A DNA stretch of 64,000 nt from Myxococcota bacterium (GTDB lineage Bacteria > Myxococcota > XYA12-FULL-58-9 > JABJBS01), in assembly GCA_036339465.1 (NCBI GenBank), contig JAYZAY010000054.1:24872-88871 (forward strand), in the 5' to 3' direction. This document shows, in pieces, positions 29,633 to 39,674 of this stretch. Position numbers and translations under genes: made by a program. The notes below the pieces were generated by a model, which was not told the DNA's origin, made no database searches, and saw only the letters and a program-made list of their open reading frames with translations. Every line of letters starts with the position of its first letter. Position 1 is the first letter of the stretch.

Positions 29633-30463
29633 CTAGTCTTCAAATTCCCGACGCAGGGCTTCAAGCTTTTTTCGATGCCGACCCCGTGCCACCAACAAAG
29701 CGCTTTGGATATCTGAAACAACACAAGGATGGCAGATATTGAACCCCTCGACACTTTGTAAGTTCTGATTGGAAGCAATTCGAGAACAGCTTTCGCACTC
29801 TAGGGACTCGGTTTTGGATAGATTGGGCGTGTTGGTGATACCAGGCTGTTTACCCTCGGAGTCGGTGGGTTTCGAAGTCGCTTTTGAAACCTCTTCCGGA
29901 CGCACTTCATTGACACAAATGGGGCACCAGGGTTCACAGTCGATCATTCGGTAGCCGCCGGGTTCAATCAGTCCTCGATGGCAATGGGTGCATCGTTTTG
30001 CACCCAAGGTTCCGGGCCGGATTTCGGATTGTTCGGGTTCAAGCAATGGTGTGGCCTGAGGTTTAGGATCTGAAGAAAGGGGACTCGGCGCTTGGGCTTG
30101 AATGGTTTTTTTTCGCGGTGCTTCGGCGATTCCATCCACGCAATTGCGGCAGAACTTAATCTCCCCCAGGGTTTTGTAGGGTTGACCTAGGACCTCAGCT
30201 TGACAGATGAAGCACTGAAAAGATGCTTTTGCTGGTTTGGGCACTTGGGTCGATTGGGCGCCTTTGAGCATGTCGACCCCGGTTGCGGGAGGGGGGATCT
30301 TTTGGGGGGCCTCCATGAGTTTTTCAAAACAGGTCAAACAAAACTTCCATTGTCCCACCTGTCGTTCACCGGCTGAAAAGTCCTTGGTGCCACAGCTCTT
30401 ACAGGAGTCGGAGTTGAGTGGGGTGGGTTGATTCATCGTCGTATCCTTTATGAAGCCTGCCAT
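29633..30463 (-). CDS. Protein with four CxxC...CxxC zinc-finger modules
   Basis: CKSC/CLTC, CFIC/CRNC, CTHC/CPIC and CESC/CHPC pairs joined by Pro-rich linkers. Confidence 0.75.
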   Translation of the reverse strand: MAGFIKDTTMNQPTPLNSDSCKSCGTKDFSAGERQVGQWKFCLTCFEKLMEAPQKIPPPATGVDMLKGAQSTQVPKPAKASFQCFICQAEVLGQPYKTLGEIKFCRNCVDGIAEAPRKKTIQAQAPSPLSSDPKPQATPLLEPEQSEIRPGTLGAKRCTHCHRGLIEPGGYRMIDCEPWCPICVNEVRPEEVSKATSKPTDSEGKQPGITNTPNLSKTESLECESCSRIASNQNLQSVEGFNICHPCVVSDIQSALLVARGRHRKKLEALRREFED

Positions 30464-30501
30464 AGGGTCATACCCAGACCACGCCTACGGTCGGGACGGG
30501 G

Positions 30502-32163
30502 TTATTGTTCACCGGTGTGGTTGACGCAGGTGAGGGTGGAGGCGCTTGGAACACTGGAAGTATCGGTTGAGGTATCGGTTGAGGTATCGGTTGAGGTATC
30601 GGCGATCCTACATTTGGCAAATCCTCCATTGCGGTCGAGGCTCACATACATGGAGGTTCCATTGATACTCATCTCATATGGAAAAGGGCGCATGGTGCCT
30701 TCCGCATTGGGAGATGCCGTGGCTTCATTGTTGATATACCAATCAGGATAGCGCTCAGAGCAGCTTTCAACCACGCATAACCCTTCTCCAAGAGCACAAG
30801 CGACGGTGGGGTTGAGAAGGGCTTCTTCAGCGCCCAAAACCCAATCGAAGATATAACCCGTTTCCCAGCTGGCCACATAGATATTCGAGTCTGTGACTGC
30901 CAAACCTTTGAAGCCAAGGTTGGCTGGTTTTTTTATGCAATCAGCGTAGGGTTGATACCCGGTTACGCCGTAACTTTGGGTCAAAGTCAGTAGGGAATTG
31001 GTTCCACCATTGTCAAAAGAGAATGATTCAACTGAATTGTGACATCGACTCGTAACAAAAACATCCTTAACGACTGTGCTGGAAGTCGTCACTGGAATTG
31101 CCACATCCCATGCTCCCTTTAGGGTTGGTACATACCCACAGCCTTTTGACAAAGAACATTCGTAATTTGTTTCGAATCCACTTCTAAGTTCTTGGAGTAT
31201 CTCAATACTGTCGTCGGTCAAGTCATGGCGCGCCACGGTCAGAAAATCCGTGCGACTCGTGCAAGAGGCTTTGCCATTGGAACCTAGAATAAAGAGATAA
31301 ATCGCGGTTGGATCGGTTGCCGGTGAGGGAACTAAGGCCAATTTCGAAGGAGAAGAAAGAGGGCCTATACCCCCCACATAAGTTAGATCGATACTTTTGA
31401 TATCATTGTTTGTCACCTCCGCAGCCCTAAAGAGACTGACTTGGCTACTCCCGCTCGCCGCGACGTAAATATAGGTGACATTTTTCTCATTCAGGGTCAC
31501 CTCGACACTTTCAATATCTTTCGGCTGCTTTAATATATTTAGGAGCGTGGTTGGCTTTCCGGGAGATGGAATAGAGGCAAGCGTTGAATTCCTGTAAATT
31601 TTACTCCCAGCCTTTTCGACCATCTCCTTGTAACAGCAACTCGCGAGACTCGGTTCTGCACCCAGCGTAAAGCCTTCGCAACTGTCTGCTAAGCATGCTT
31701 GATACACTGAAAATGCATTGCTCTCTGTGGAATTGCCAATGGGGAAAACCCCCAAACTATTTTCTAAGTAGCCTGTTGCATAAAGATAATCCCCACGTAT
31801 GTGAACATCCCATGCGCCCCAAAGGTCGCGATGGGCATCGGAGGGCACCGAAGCGGCAGTCGGCAATTGTTGAATTCCGTTTTTATCAACCCTCACAATG
31901 GCGTCGGATGCCCAACCACTCGAATAAAGGGTCTGATTCTCGGCCGAACCTGAAAGCGCGATGTTTCGGGGGTAGAATGAACAATAATTCGAACTCGTTG
32001 AAGTGGCACCATAATCACAGTAACTCACGTCATCGGAACAACTCATCCCCAGGGTCAACACCACCAACACCACCGTGATGTTGTTTAATAGAATCCAACG
32101 CTTTTGTCTCATGCTTTGTCCGAACACTCCTGAGGGAATACAACTAGAATCATTCTGCTTCAT
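30502..32163 (-). CDS. Cys-rich beta-propeller lipoprotein
   Basis: Hydrophobic stretch and lipobox GMSC; repeated blades (YLYATG, YIYVAAS, NIYVASW, SMYVSL). Confidence 0.7.
   Translation of the reverse strand: MKQNDSSCIPSGVFGQSMRQKRWILLNNITVVLVVLTLGMSCSDDVSYCDYGATSTSSNYCSFYPRNIALSGSAENQTLYSSGWASDAIVRVDKNGIQQLPTAASVPSDAHRDLWGAWDVHIRGDYLYATGYLENSLGVFPIGNSTESNAFSVYQACLADSCEGFTLGAEPSLASCCYKEMVEKAGSKIYRNSTLASIPSPGKPTTLLNILKQPKDIESVEVTLNEKNVTYIYVAASGSSQVSLFRAAEVTNNDIKSIDLTYVGGIGPLSSPSKLALVPSPATDPTAIYLFILGSNGKASCTSRTDFLTVARHDLTDDSIEILQELRSGFETNYECSLSKGCGYVPTLKGAWDVAIPVTTSSTVVKDVFVTSRCHNSVESFSFDNGGTNSLLTLTQSYGVTGYQPYADCIKKPANLGFKGLAVTDSNIYVASWETGYIFDWVLGAEEALLNPTVACALGEGLCVVESCSERYPDWYINNEATASPNAEGTMRPFPYEMSINGTSMYVSLDRNGGFAKCRIADTSTDTSTDTSTDTSSVPSASTLTCVNHTGEQ
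30560..30602. repeat. 12-bp coding tandem repeat (GTATCGGTTGAG), about 3.5 copies
   Basis: Read directly; encodes DTST repeats. Confidence 0.9.
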
Positions 32164-32235
32164 CGCAACTTGCGCCTTTCTATCACACCCCTGCTCAAGA
32201 TCGAAGAGATTTGCGTCAAGGGATACTCTCCTAGA

Positions 32236-35200
32236 TTAGAACCAAGTAAACTCCTCCAAACTTGGCTCTAATTTATCACAAAGTTCCGATAAAAAATTGA
32301 GGACACAACCGATGGATGTGGCATTACGCCAGCCAATTTCATCCAAGATCTCCACCGGCACGGCCAATAGAGTACAAGACGTTGCCGCCACCGCATCGGT
32401 CACCATATTGCGGTCGGCTTGGAGGGTGTATTGCCCAAAAATCTCCCCTCGATTAAGCTCACAGGCCAATTTCTCCGCGCGTTTTAGGTGGATACGGCCG
32501 CGGAACACAACATAAAGCATGTCAACGGTATCATCTCCTCGAAAAATTGTTTCTCCCTCGCCGAATTTTGTCACCTCAATTTCTGGTAAAATCTCATCTA
32601 AGAAAGCTACGGGTAAACCAGTGAAAAGAGGATTTAGTTCCATGCAAATTTTCATGTCCACAAATCCGATTTTCTGATCGGGGTCTTGGGTCTCGGAACC
32701 GGTCGAAGTCATTTCCTTGGGTTCGGTTTCACGTTGGCCGAGAAGCCTGGTAACCTTAAGACCAAGATATTCGAGGATTTCTTGGTAGAGTGAAAAATTC
32801 CGTTCCAACATACAAAGAAAGTCGGATCTTGTGAGAGCATAGAGGACAACGATACCCTTGGCTTGAAGGTCATGATTTGCAATCTCCGAATGGATAATTG
32901 CATTTTGAAAGATGACATCACCTCGGTGGTATCTTTCTTTGCCGTAAAGAACTTCCCCCGAATCAACGACGTAAAGAACAGGCACTTCCACCTTGGCGAG
33001 GGAGAGGATTTCGTCTGGTTCAAGAACGACTTCTCGCATGCACATGGCGATTTCCGCGCGTGTCATCTCGGAGGTCTTATGGAAGAAATCGATTTTGGCC
33101 ACATTGCCAATCATTGCATCAATATCGAGTTGATTTTCATTAAATTCCCCGGCCAACAATTGGTCAAAATCAGAAAACGATTCTTTCTTGTTTCTTTCGG
33201 ATAAACTTTCCAGGTATTTGGAGGCGCGGGACTTTAGCCACTGGTTACTCAGTGGAAATTCCTCCGACACTAGATTGCTGAGGAGTTCTAAGGAAGAGCC
33301 AACAATACTTCCCATAGATTCTTCAATAATCCGGATTTGACTCTCAGGGTCTCGAGTATCAAAGAATGGCACAACCAACTTTGCATGTCTCGGCTTGAGG
33401 GTTTCACCAAGTAATTCACAACAAAAAGCAGTTTCTTTGCGAGAGCGGCCATGGATGATGTGTCTTAATCTGGTGATGGGTAAGTCTTGATACGTGGAAC
33501 TTAGAATTAGGAGGAGGCGCTCCATCGCAATTGTATATTCCTGATCCAACGCTTCCATTAGGGTTTGGCCTGTTTCTTCTCGACTTGCGGCCAATAAAGA
33601 GCGTGTTTTCAAGAGGACCAGCGCCAGTGATGCTTCCTCTGTCAATTTTAGGTCGAAAGTTTTTTTCTCTCGTCTCAAAAGGCTTGGAGACAGCCTTCCT
33701 ATGGAATGATAAGCCTCCAATCGAAGACGGGAATTTGAAGAGGAAGTTCCTGATAGGAGCACAGGATAGGCTGCGTCATCTCCTATTTGCCCCAAAACCC
33801 AAAAATACCGTAGCCGAAGGGAGTCTGGTACCATATGGTTGGGCATCTTCTCAAAATAATCGACAAGGGGGCCAACGGCACTCGCACCGGTTTTGATGAG
33901 GCCATTGATTGTGACTCTCTCACGATGGGCGAGATTCAAGTTTGCGATCACGGCGGGCCAGAGATGGGGGCTGTTGATTCGGAAAGCCGCATCTAAGGCT
34001 GCGTGAAAGACCTTTTCCTCCTTACTTTTTAAATGAACAATCACATTGCGGTAAAACGAAGCATTACCGATCTCACCTATGGCTTCAATGGCAAGGATCC
34101 TATCTTTGGAGTCACTCGACGCGAGGAGTTGTAATATCCGGTTCCCTGCTACCACCACTGAACTCAATCCACCGTCTTTAATGAGCGCGACCATGGCGGC
34201 CTTACGAAGTCTGGGATGTTGTGATTCAAGGTATTCGGTAAGAATATCAAAAACGTCCTCTTCCGGTATACTCGCGATGGCCATCAAGAGCTCACTTTTT
34301 ACCTTAGGAGAGCTTTCTTGTTCCAAGTATTGACTGACAAAGTCCAAGTCTTTCGAATTCAGAAAGCCTTCCAAACTGCGGGCTGCGAGACTCCGAACCC
34401 CAGAATCAGGATGGGACAAGAGCGCGACACTTAGGGAGTGTAATTCCGGAATTTGAAGATTTCTTAAGGTCTCCAATGAATTGATAACTTCTTGAGGATA
34501 CTTGGATTTGAGGCCTAACTTCACCAACGCAATGGATTCGGGTGTGGTGAGATCGATATTCAGATCAGCGATAGAGTGGGCACCTAAGGCATCACTGAGC
34601 ATTTCCGGATAGTCTTGAACCGTCAAGATTCCGTATGCGATGGTGCAAAGAGCCACTGCGAAGGCAATGAGCAAAAAGCACAGTGTTGGTTCGGGGAATT
34701 GGCGATTTACAAAGATGAGAATCACGCCCATCAGCCCTCCTGCAATAGGGCCCGCCACGGTAATTGCCATATTTTGAGACCACCGACCGACGAGGGCAGG
34801 AAGGGGTTGAAAGAGCGAAAAATAAGATGAGACAAAGAGGGTGGGTGTCAAAGTGCGCTCTGTTACCATAATGATTGTTAGGCCAGTCAGAAGCCAGGGT
34901 CCATCACCGAATTTTACGATGATTAAGCAAGTCAAAACGACACATATTGCCGTAAAGAATGGAGATGCAATCAAGGGTTTAAGGGTTCCCAAGTCCCCCA
35001 TTAATCGTCTATTTTTCAGCATATTTATTAATATGACCGCAATGGCGATAATGCCGGATGTAAGCGCAAAATAGGATGCAATTTCATCTTGACTGACCGA
35101 AGTTCTTCTTAGTTCTAATAGGAACGCATTATCCAAGGGGAAATACATCGCAGTCATGAGCGTTTGGATTAAAAAGAGTTTAAAAATGTAGCTTCGAGAC

Positions 35201-35889
35201 CGAGAATCCTTCATGGGCAAAGGAGCCTCTTGCCGTGATTGTTTGTAGGTGGGTGCAGGTTCCTCAATAGGTGCTAAGGATAGAATTCGTTTCTGGTTGA
35301 AGTAGGCGCAAACAATGGCTCCTAGAGAAATGAATAATAGATTCTTGGTACCCATAAGTCCGATGAGTATGGGGGCCAAAAGTCCACAAATAAACTGGGC
35401 AACCCTTTCGACGGAGGCGAAGGTCCCAAATAATCTTTTGCTTTGGCGTACATTGAAAACTTGGTTTGCGGTTCCCCAGACGACCACCGAAAGAAATCGG
35501 AAGGCGGTAAGATAGACCAGAGGCAAGGCAAAAGCTGCGAACTTATGGAGGCTAGGGACATCCAAAATAAGTCGAAATCCGATTACAAACACTGCGAGGC
35601 TTAGGAGAATCCATAGGTAGCTCTGTCGACTGTTATATTTCGACTCCACCTTCGTGAACCCGCCGCCAAGTAAGGGGATAATGATCCCCGAAGCAACGTA
35701 AACCCAGGGCAACTCTTCAGCACCAAAGACAGTGACGAAAATCGCAAAGACGGCAGTGCTCATAAATAGGTTTTGAGCACCGACAAATAAGGATTGGAGG
35801 GCAGAAGCTAGGACAAGTTCTTGTTCGTCTTGCTGAATTTCAAGAGCACTGACAATACGTGCATGTGCTTTATCGGATAAATAACCCAT
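32236..35889 (-). CDS. TLC/NTT-like MFS transporter fused to HEAT repeats and two cNMP-binding domains
   Basis: About 12 TM helices with FNVRQSKRLFG, HEAT repeats (LLSHPDSGVRSLAARSL), cNMP folds (LYVVDSGEV; GETIFRGDD..LYVVFRGRI..GEIFGQ). Confidence 0.85.
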   Translation of the reverse strand: MGYLSDKAHARIVSALEIQQDEQELVLASALQSLFVGAQNLFMSTAVFAIFVTVFGAEELPWVYVASGIIIPLLGGGFTKVESKYNSRQSYLWILLSLAVFVIGFRLILDVPSLHKFAAFALPLVYLTAFRFLSVVVWGTANQVFNVRQSKRLFGTFASVERVAQFICGLLAPILIGLMGTKNLLFISLGAIVCAYFNQKRILSLAPIEEPAPTYKQSRQEAPLPMKDSRSRSYIFKLFLIQTLMTAMYFPLDNAFLLELRRTSVSQDEIASYFALTSGIIAIAVILINMLKNRRLMGDLGTLKPLIASPFFTAICVVLTCLIIVKFGDGPWLLTGLTIIMVTERTLTPTLFVSSYFSLFQPLPALVGRWSQNMAITVAGPIAGGLMGVILIFVNRQFPEPTLCFLLIAFAVALCTIAYGILTVQDYPEMLSDALGAHSIADLNIDLTTPESIALVKLGLKSKYPQEVINSLETLRNLQIPELHSLSVALLSHPDSGVRSLAARSLEGFLNSKDLDFVSQYLEQESSPKVKSELLMAIASIPEEDVFDILTEYLESQHPRLRKAAMVALIKDGGLSSVVVAGNRILQLLASSDSKDRILAIEAIGEIGNASFYRNVIVHLKSKEEKVFHAALDAAFRINSPHLWPAVIANLNLAHRERVTINGLIKTGASAVGPLVDYFEKMPNHMVPDSLRLRYFWVLGQIGDDAAYPVLLSGTSSSNSRLRLEAYHSIGRLSPSLLRREKKTFDLKLTEEASLALVLLKTRSLLAASREETGQTLMEALDQEYTIAMERLLLILSSTYQDLPITRLRHIIHGRSRKETAFCCELLGETLKPRHAKLVVPFFDTRDPESQIRIIEESMGSIVGSSLELLSNLVSEEFPLSNQWLKSRASKYLESLSERNKKESFSDFDQLLAGEFNENQLDIDAMIGNVAKIDFFHKTSEMTRAEIAMCMREVVLEPDEILSLAKVEVPVLYVVDSGEVLYGKERYHRGDVIFQNAIIHSEIANHDLQAKGIVVLYALTRSDFLCMLERNFSLYQEILEYLGLKVTRLLGQRETEPKEMTSTGSETQDPDQKIGFVDMKICMELNPLFTGLPVAFLDEILPEIEVTKFGEGETIFRGDDTVDMLYVVFRGRIHLKRAEKLACELNRGEIFGQYTLQADRNMVTDAVAATSCTLLAVPVEILDEIGWRNATSIGCVLNFLSELCDKLEPSLEEFTWF

Positions 35890-35903
35890 GAAAGATGAAA
35901 GAC

Positions 35904-38231
35904 TCAGTCAAAATTGGTCGTTAAAAGAATTTGGTAACTCCGACCAGGTTGTGGGTGGATGGATGAATTTCCTGCTGAACTTCCTGACCAATTCTCATCG
36001 TCCCAATAGCCGGGGATTTGGCCCGCTGAAGCCTCATTAATTCCTGGGTGCGAATACTTTGTGCCCAAGAGATTGTTTATTTTAAAGCTGATGTCTAATC
36101 CAGGCATCACAAAGTCTCGAAACAGAACATTGGTGTCAAGCACAAAGTAAGGGTCTATTTTCCAGATGGGATTACTGGAAACAGTGACGCGTTTTGAAAC
36201 AGCACGGCCGTAAGCGGTGATTAAAAGCCTCGGCAGAGGCAATACTGTGGCCCCGACCCAAAGCTTGAGGGGAGCAATATCACCCACCCAACATTCTCGG
36301 TCTAATTTAGGAATGCCGTTGAGACTCTGCTGGAAATAGTCGAAACGTCCTAAGTTTCCACAGCGGGGATCTAGGTCATCATCAAGTTTCATTGCCCATG
36401 GAATATAGGAGGCATAAGCCCAAAGTTTAACCCGGTAGAAATTCGGCACCGGGATGGATGCTACCCACCCCAAATCGATGCCCAAGGTCTCCTGATCATA
36501 GGCGTTCTTATAGGCATTGTTGACCAGGTTGATTACCCCATTGTCTCGTACCCAGTAAGTGCTCACGTGGAGGTTCATGATTTCGGTTTGGTAGGTTAGG
36601 TCGAACTCGATGGTCGTGGCTTTTTCTGCGGTTAGATTGGAGTCAGAGGCGACGAGTCCGCTAAAACGCGATTCGCGGATACTGGGTTCCATAAAGGCAT
36701 AGCCCCCCATGAACTTCAATGTTAACCCCGCGGCGATTTCAGTGACGTAGGCAACTCGGAATGACGTATTGAGGCCGCCGCGGTTATCGGAGAGGCGAAA
36801 TCCGAGGTCCAAATTATGGTGGGTCAGAAAACGGTATTTTGTTAAGAAATAGAGGGCGTAAAATTGCTGAAAAATTCTCTGTCCTGAATTGGTGGAATTG
36901 CTCGCAACATCCGTGTCAAAATCCATTGAAGGAATATCGGTATCGGATTGAACTGTGTAGGCCGCCTTCGTCCAATTTTTAGCGGTGTGTTGCCCCTTAT
37001 AACGCAGGCCACTGATTAAGATTAGACGGTCGTTCCCAAAAAGATGGTCGGGTACAAACCAACTTAATTGATAATTGCCTTCAATTCCGTAGTTTTCCGC
37101 CTCATAAAACTGGAGCATGGGCCCTCCTGTGGTGCGAAAGAGCAGTGAATTGGACTCCGGCCATTCACTTGCCAACAACCGAACCATGGCTTCGGACCTC
37201 AAGGACTGATAGTGGGTGGAATATTTTAGGAAGGCCGCATAAAATTTATCTGACCAGATACTCCTATTTTGAAAACGGTCGCCCACAAATTGGGTCCCCA
37301 AGCCTCGGTCTCGAGCGTAATACTGAGCTCCCAATTCTAGGGTATCGGTGGAATAGCGGATATCGAGCCCTAAATTTTGATGGGGCGATTGGAAAGCTCC
37401 GGCTAAGTTTGAATAGCTGGCAAGGAGATTTGGGGTCCAAAGTTTTTCATCCGAAAAATACTTGGCGTCCAAATACTCGTAGTTATCGGTCACAGAAGGA
37501 TCGACAAAACCGTGCTCATATCGAAGAGCCACATTTAGATTGAATTCCTTACCTTTGTAGATACTGCTAATATCCGCCAAATAACGAAAGTGGTTGGGGG
37601 TGCCCAACTGGCTCTCTGGGGCTCGTAGTCCCGTGAGCGCCGATAGATGAAGTCCCGGCTCATCGGTTTGTTTTTTCGTAATCACGTTGATTAAACCCAT
37701 GAGGGCGTTTGAGCCAAACATAAGCGAACCAGGCCCATAAACGATCTCCACTCTTTCAATGTTGGAGATCGGAATTTCGGTCTGCTCCATATTGTAGACA
37801 TGTCCGTGCCACTCAAGATTGTCGATCATGAAGAGAAATTGCGGACCAAAGGAACTTCGTCGTCCGCGCCAATAACTCTTGGTTGCTGTGGCGCCGCGGG
37901 GCCTCGAAATATCCATGGCCGGCAAGTCGCTGAAGAGTTCTGAGAGTTCCATGTAGCCGCGTTCTTTAAGCTCTTCTCCCGTGATGGAGATAACCCAGGC
38001 CGGCGCCTCCGTTGCTTTCTCTGAAATTCGAGATGCTGATTCCACCGCAGGATTTACCAATTCTTCAATGGTGATCTCTTTGTATTCATCTTCAACCTCC
38101 AATGCCTCGACTTTGGGATTCAATAGCTCATCGAGAAACTCAGGTGGCGTGGTTTCTTGGGGAACAGAGGCAAAAACGGTGTTAAAATGGCAACATACAA
38201 AGACTGCTATCGCCAGGCAATATTTTTTGAT
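35904..38231 (-). CDS. TonB-dependent outer-membrane receptor
   Basis: Plug motifs APAWVISITGEEL and IERVEIVYGPGSLMFGSNALMGLINVITK; barrel end NNLL...PGRSY. The frame extends 36 codons upstream of 38123 to an ATC preceded by AAGGAGG and encodes a signal peptide. Confidence 0.92.
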   Translation of the reverse strand: MKKYCLAIAVFVCCHFNTVFASVPQETTPPEFLDELLNPKVEALEVEDEYKEITIEELVNPAVESASRISEKATEAPAWVISITGEELKERGYMELSELFSDLPAMDISRPRGATATKSYWRGRRSSFGPQFLFMIDNLEWHGHVYNMEQTEIPISNIERVEIVYGPGSLMFGSNALMGLINVITKKQTDEPGLHLSALTGLRAPESQLGTPNHFRYLADISSIYKGKEFNLNVALRYEHGFVDPSVTDNYEYLDAKYFSDEKLWTPNLLASYSNLAGAFQSPHQNLGLDIRYSTDTLELGAQYYARDRGLGTQFVGDRFQNRSIWSDKFYAAFLKYSTHYQSLRSEAMVRLLASEWPESNSLLFRTTGGPMLQFYEAENYGIEGNYQLSWFVPDHLFGNDRLILISGLRYKGQHTAKNWTKAAYTVQSDTDIPSMDFDTDVASNSTNSGQRIFQQFYALYFLTKYRFLTHHNLDLGFRLSDNRGGLNTSFRVAYVTEIAAGLTLKFMGGYAFMEPSIRESRFSGLVASDSNLTAEKATTIEFDLTYQTEIMNLHVSTYWVRDNGVINLVNNAYKNAYDQETLGIDLGWVASIPVPNFYRVKLWAYASYIPWAMKLDDDLDPRCGNLGRFDYFQQSLNGIPKLDRECWVGDIAPLKLWVGATVLPLPRLLITAYGRAVSKRVTVSSNPIWKIDPYFVLDTNVLFRDFVMPGLDISFKINNLLGTKYSHPGINEASAGQIPGYWDDENWSGSSAGNSSIHPQPGRSYQILLTTNFD

Positions 38232-38512
38232 GGCTCTGTCCTCCTTGGCCGACGATAGCTTATTTCGAAGATTTTACCAAGTTTCCAATCAACCCGAGAT
38301 TTGGTTTTTAAGGAGTGTCACCTGGCGGCTCAGGCCTCTCCAAATCGGTTTAAAGAGCGCTTTAACGCTAGAAAGAGAGGAGCGCAAATTTCTATGGAAT
38401 TGGGATAAGCGAACTTGCCTTTGGGGGATATGGATGTCACTTGAAGAATTTAAGCTACCAATTGAAATGGTAATAAACGTTCTGCGATAATGACAACAGC
38501 GAGTGGGGGGGT

Positions 38513-39271
38513 ATGGATATATTGGATAGCTCAAAGCATGTTTGGGAGCGTGAATCCCCTTGGGTCAAAGTATGGCTTGTAGAGGATAGGCCAATGTTGA
38601 AAGTTGAGCACACCATCACCTCAGATGTGTGCCAAAGGCACGGGGTCAATATCAGAAAAGTAACCCCCGGCTTAAGCCACTATGGGGGATTGGAAACCAC
38701 CGGTATTTCCTACGCCCAATTTACGGTGATGTATGCGTTTATTGCTTTGGCACAAAACAACTTTAGGCCCACCGGGGTTTCTCATGATGATTTTGACGAT
38801 TTTCTAGCGCTTCGAGACATCTTCCTGCTTTTCGACTCCACCAAGAGTCAGAAAATCCCTATCGGATTCGCAATTCAAGAGCTCTACCAGCAAAAATCCC
38901 ATGAAACTTCCGGTTTGGAGAGGGAATTTAAGGTAGCCATCAATCAGCCCGTCTACTTTCTCCATAGTTTCGCCCTCGAAGCAGGCAATCTGGGACGGGG
39001 CTATGGAAAATATTTTGCCGATTGTGTTCTGGGGCTTGGTCGGGAGCGCTATGGCCAAAATTATACTCGGTTGCTGGTCACTGGAGAACCTAACCAATTC
39101 GAGGGAGGAGCCCCGGTGCTCAGTTTTTACGAAAACATGGGCATGAAAATTATCGGGGAAAGAGAGGCCCATGTTTCTGAATTCCAAGCTCGACGAAACT
39201 ATATTGAAAGCCGAACTCGGACGGAGTGGCTTGATTTGATGGCGACTGTATTTGAAACGCAGCCAGGCTAG
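38513..39271 (+). CDS. GNAT-family acetyltransferase-like protein
   Basis: FLHSFALEAGNLGRGYGK (motif A) and LSFYENMGM (motif B). Confidence 0.65.
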   Translation: MDILDSSKHVWERESPWVKVWLVEDRPMLKVEHTITSDVCQRHGVNIRKVTPGLSHYGGLETTGISYAQFTVMYAFIALAQNNFRPTGVSHDDFDDFLALRDIFLLFDSTKSQKIPIGFAIQELYQQKSHETSGLEREFKVAINQPVYFLHSFALEAGNLGRGYGKYFADCVLGLGRERYGQNYTRLLVTGEPNQFEGGAPVLSFYENMGMKIIGEREAHVSEFQARRNYIESRTRTEWLDLMATVFETQPG

Positions 39272-39305
39272 CGAGGGGTGACGATTCCAGTCTATCGGTG
39301 CAAAT

Positions 39306-39536
39306 TCAATTCAGACTTTTGATTTTGTTTAGAATCTCGACATTGGCTTTCTCTAAATCCACCTTCATCTTTTCGAGCTGTTGCGTCAGAGGATTGGTTT
39401 TGCCAAAAAGCTGGGTTGCTATTTCGAGCGCCTCGCGGATCTCCTCAAGTGCTTTGATATATCGCCCCTGTTCAAGCATCTTTTTGCTCATCAAACAAAT
39501 CCAGAAATCGGTGGATGGGAATTGACCCCACTTCAA
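39306..39536 (-). CDS. Small single-TPR protein or gene fragment
   Basis: EQGRYIKALEEIREALEIATQLFGKTNPLT resembles a kinesin-light-chain-type TPR. Confidence 0.4.
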   Translation of the reverse strand: MKWGQFPSTDFWICLMSKKMLEQGRYIKALEEIREALEIATQLFGKTNPLTQQLEKMKVDLEKANVEILNKIKSLN

Positions 39537-39674
39537 TCAGTGTAACATAAATGTGATATTCTTTCTTGGGATTTACCCAAAACAGCCTAATATATTTAGA
39601 TGTTTTCTGGTTTAAGGCGCTGGGTGATGGTTTTTCTCCTGCGAATTAGCCGTTTTGTCTTTTGCACGCTTTCT

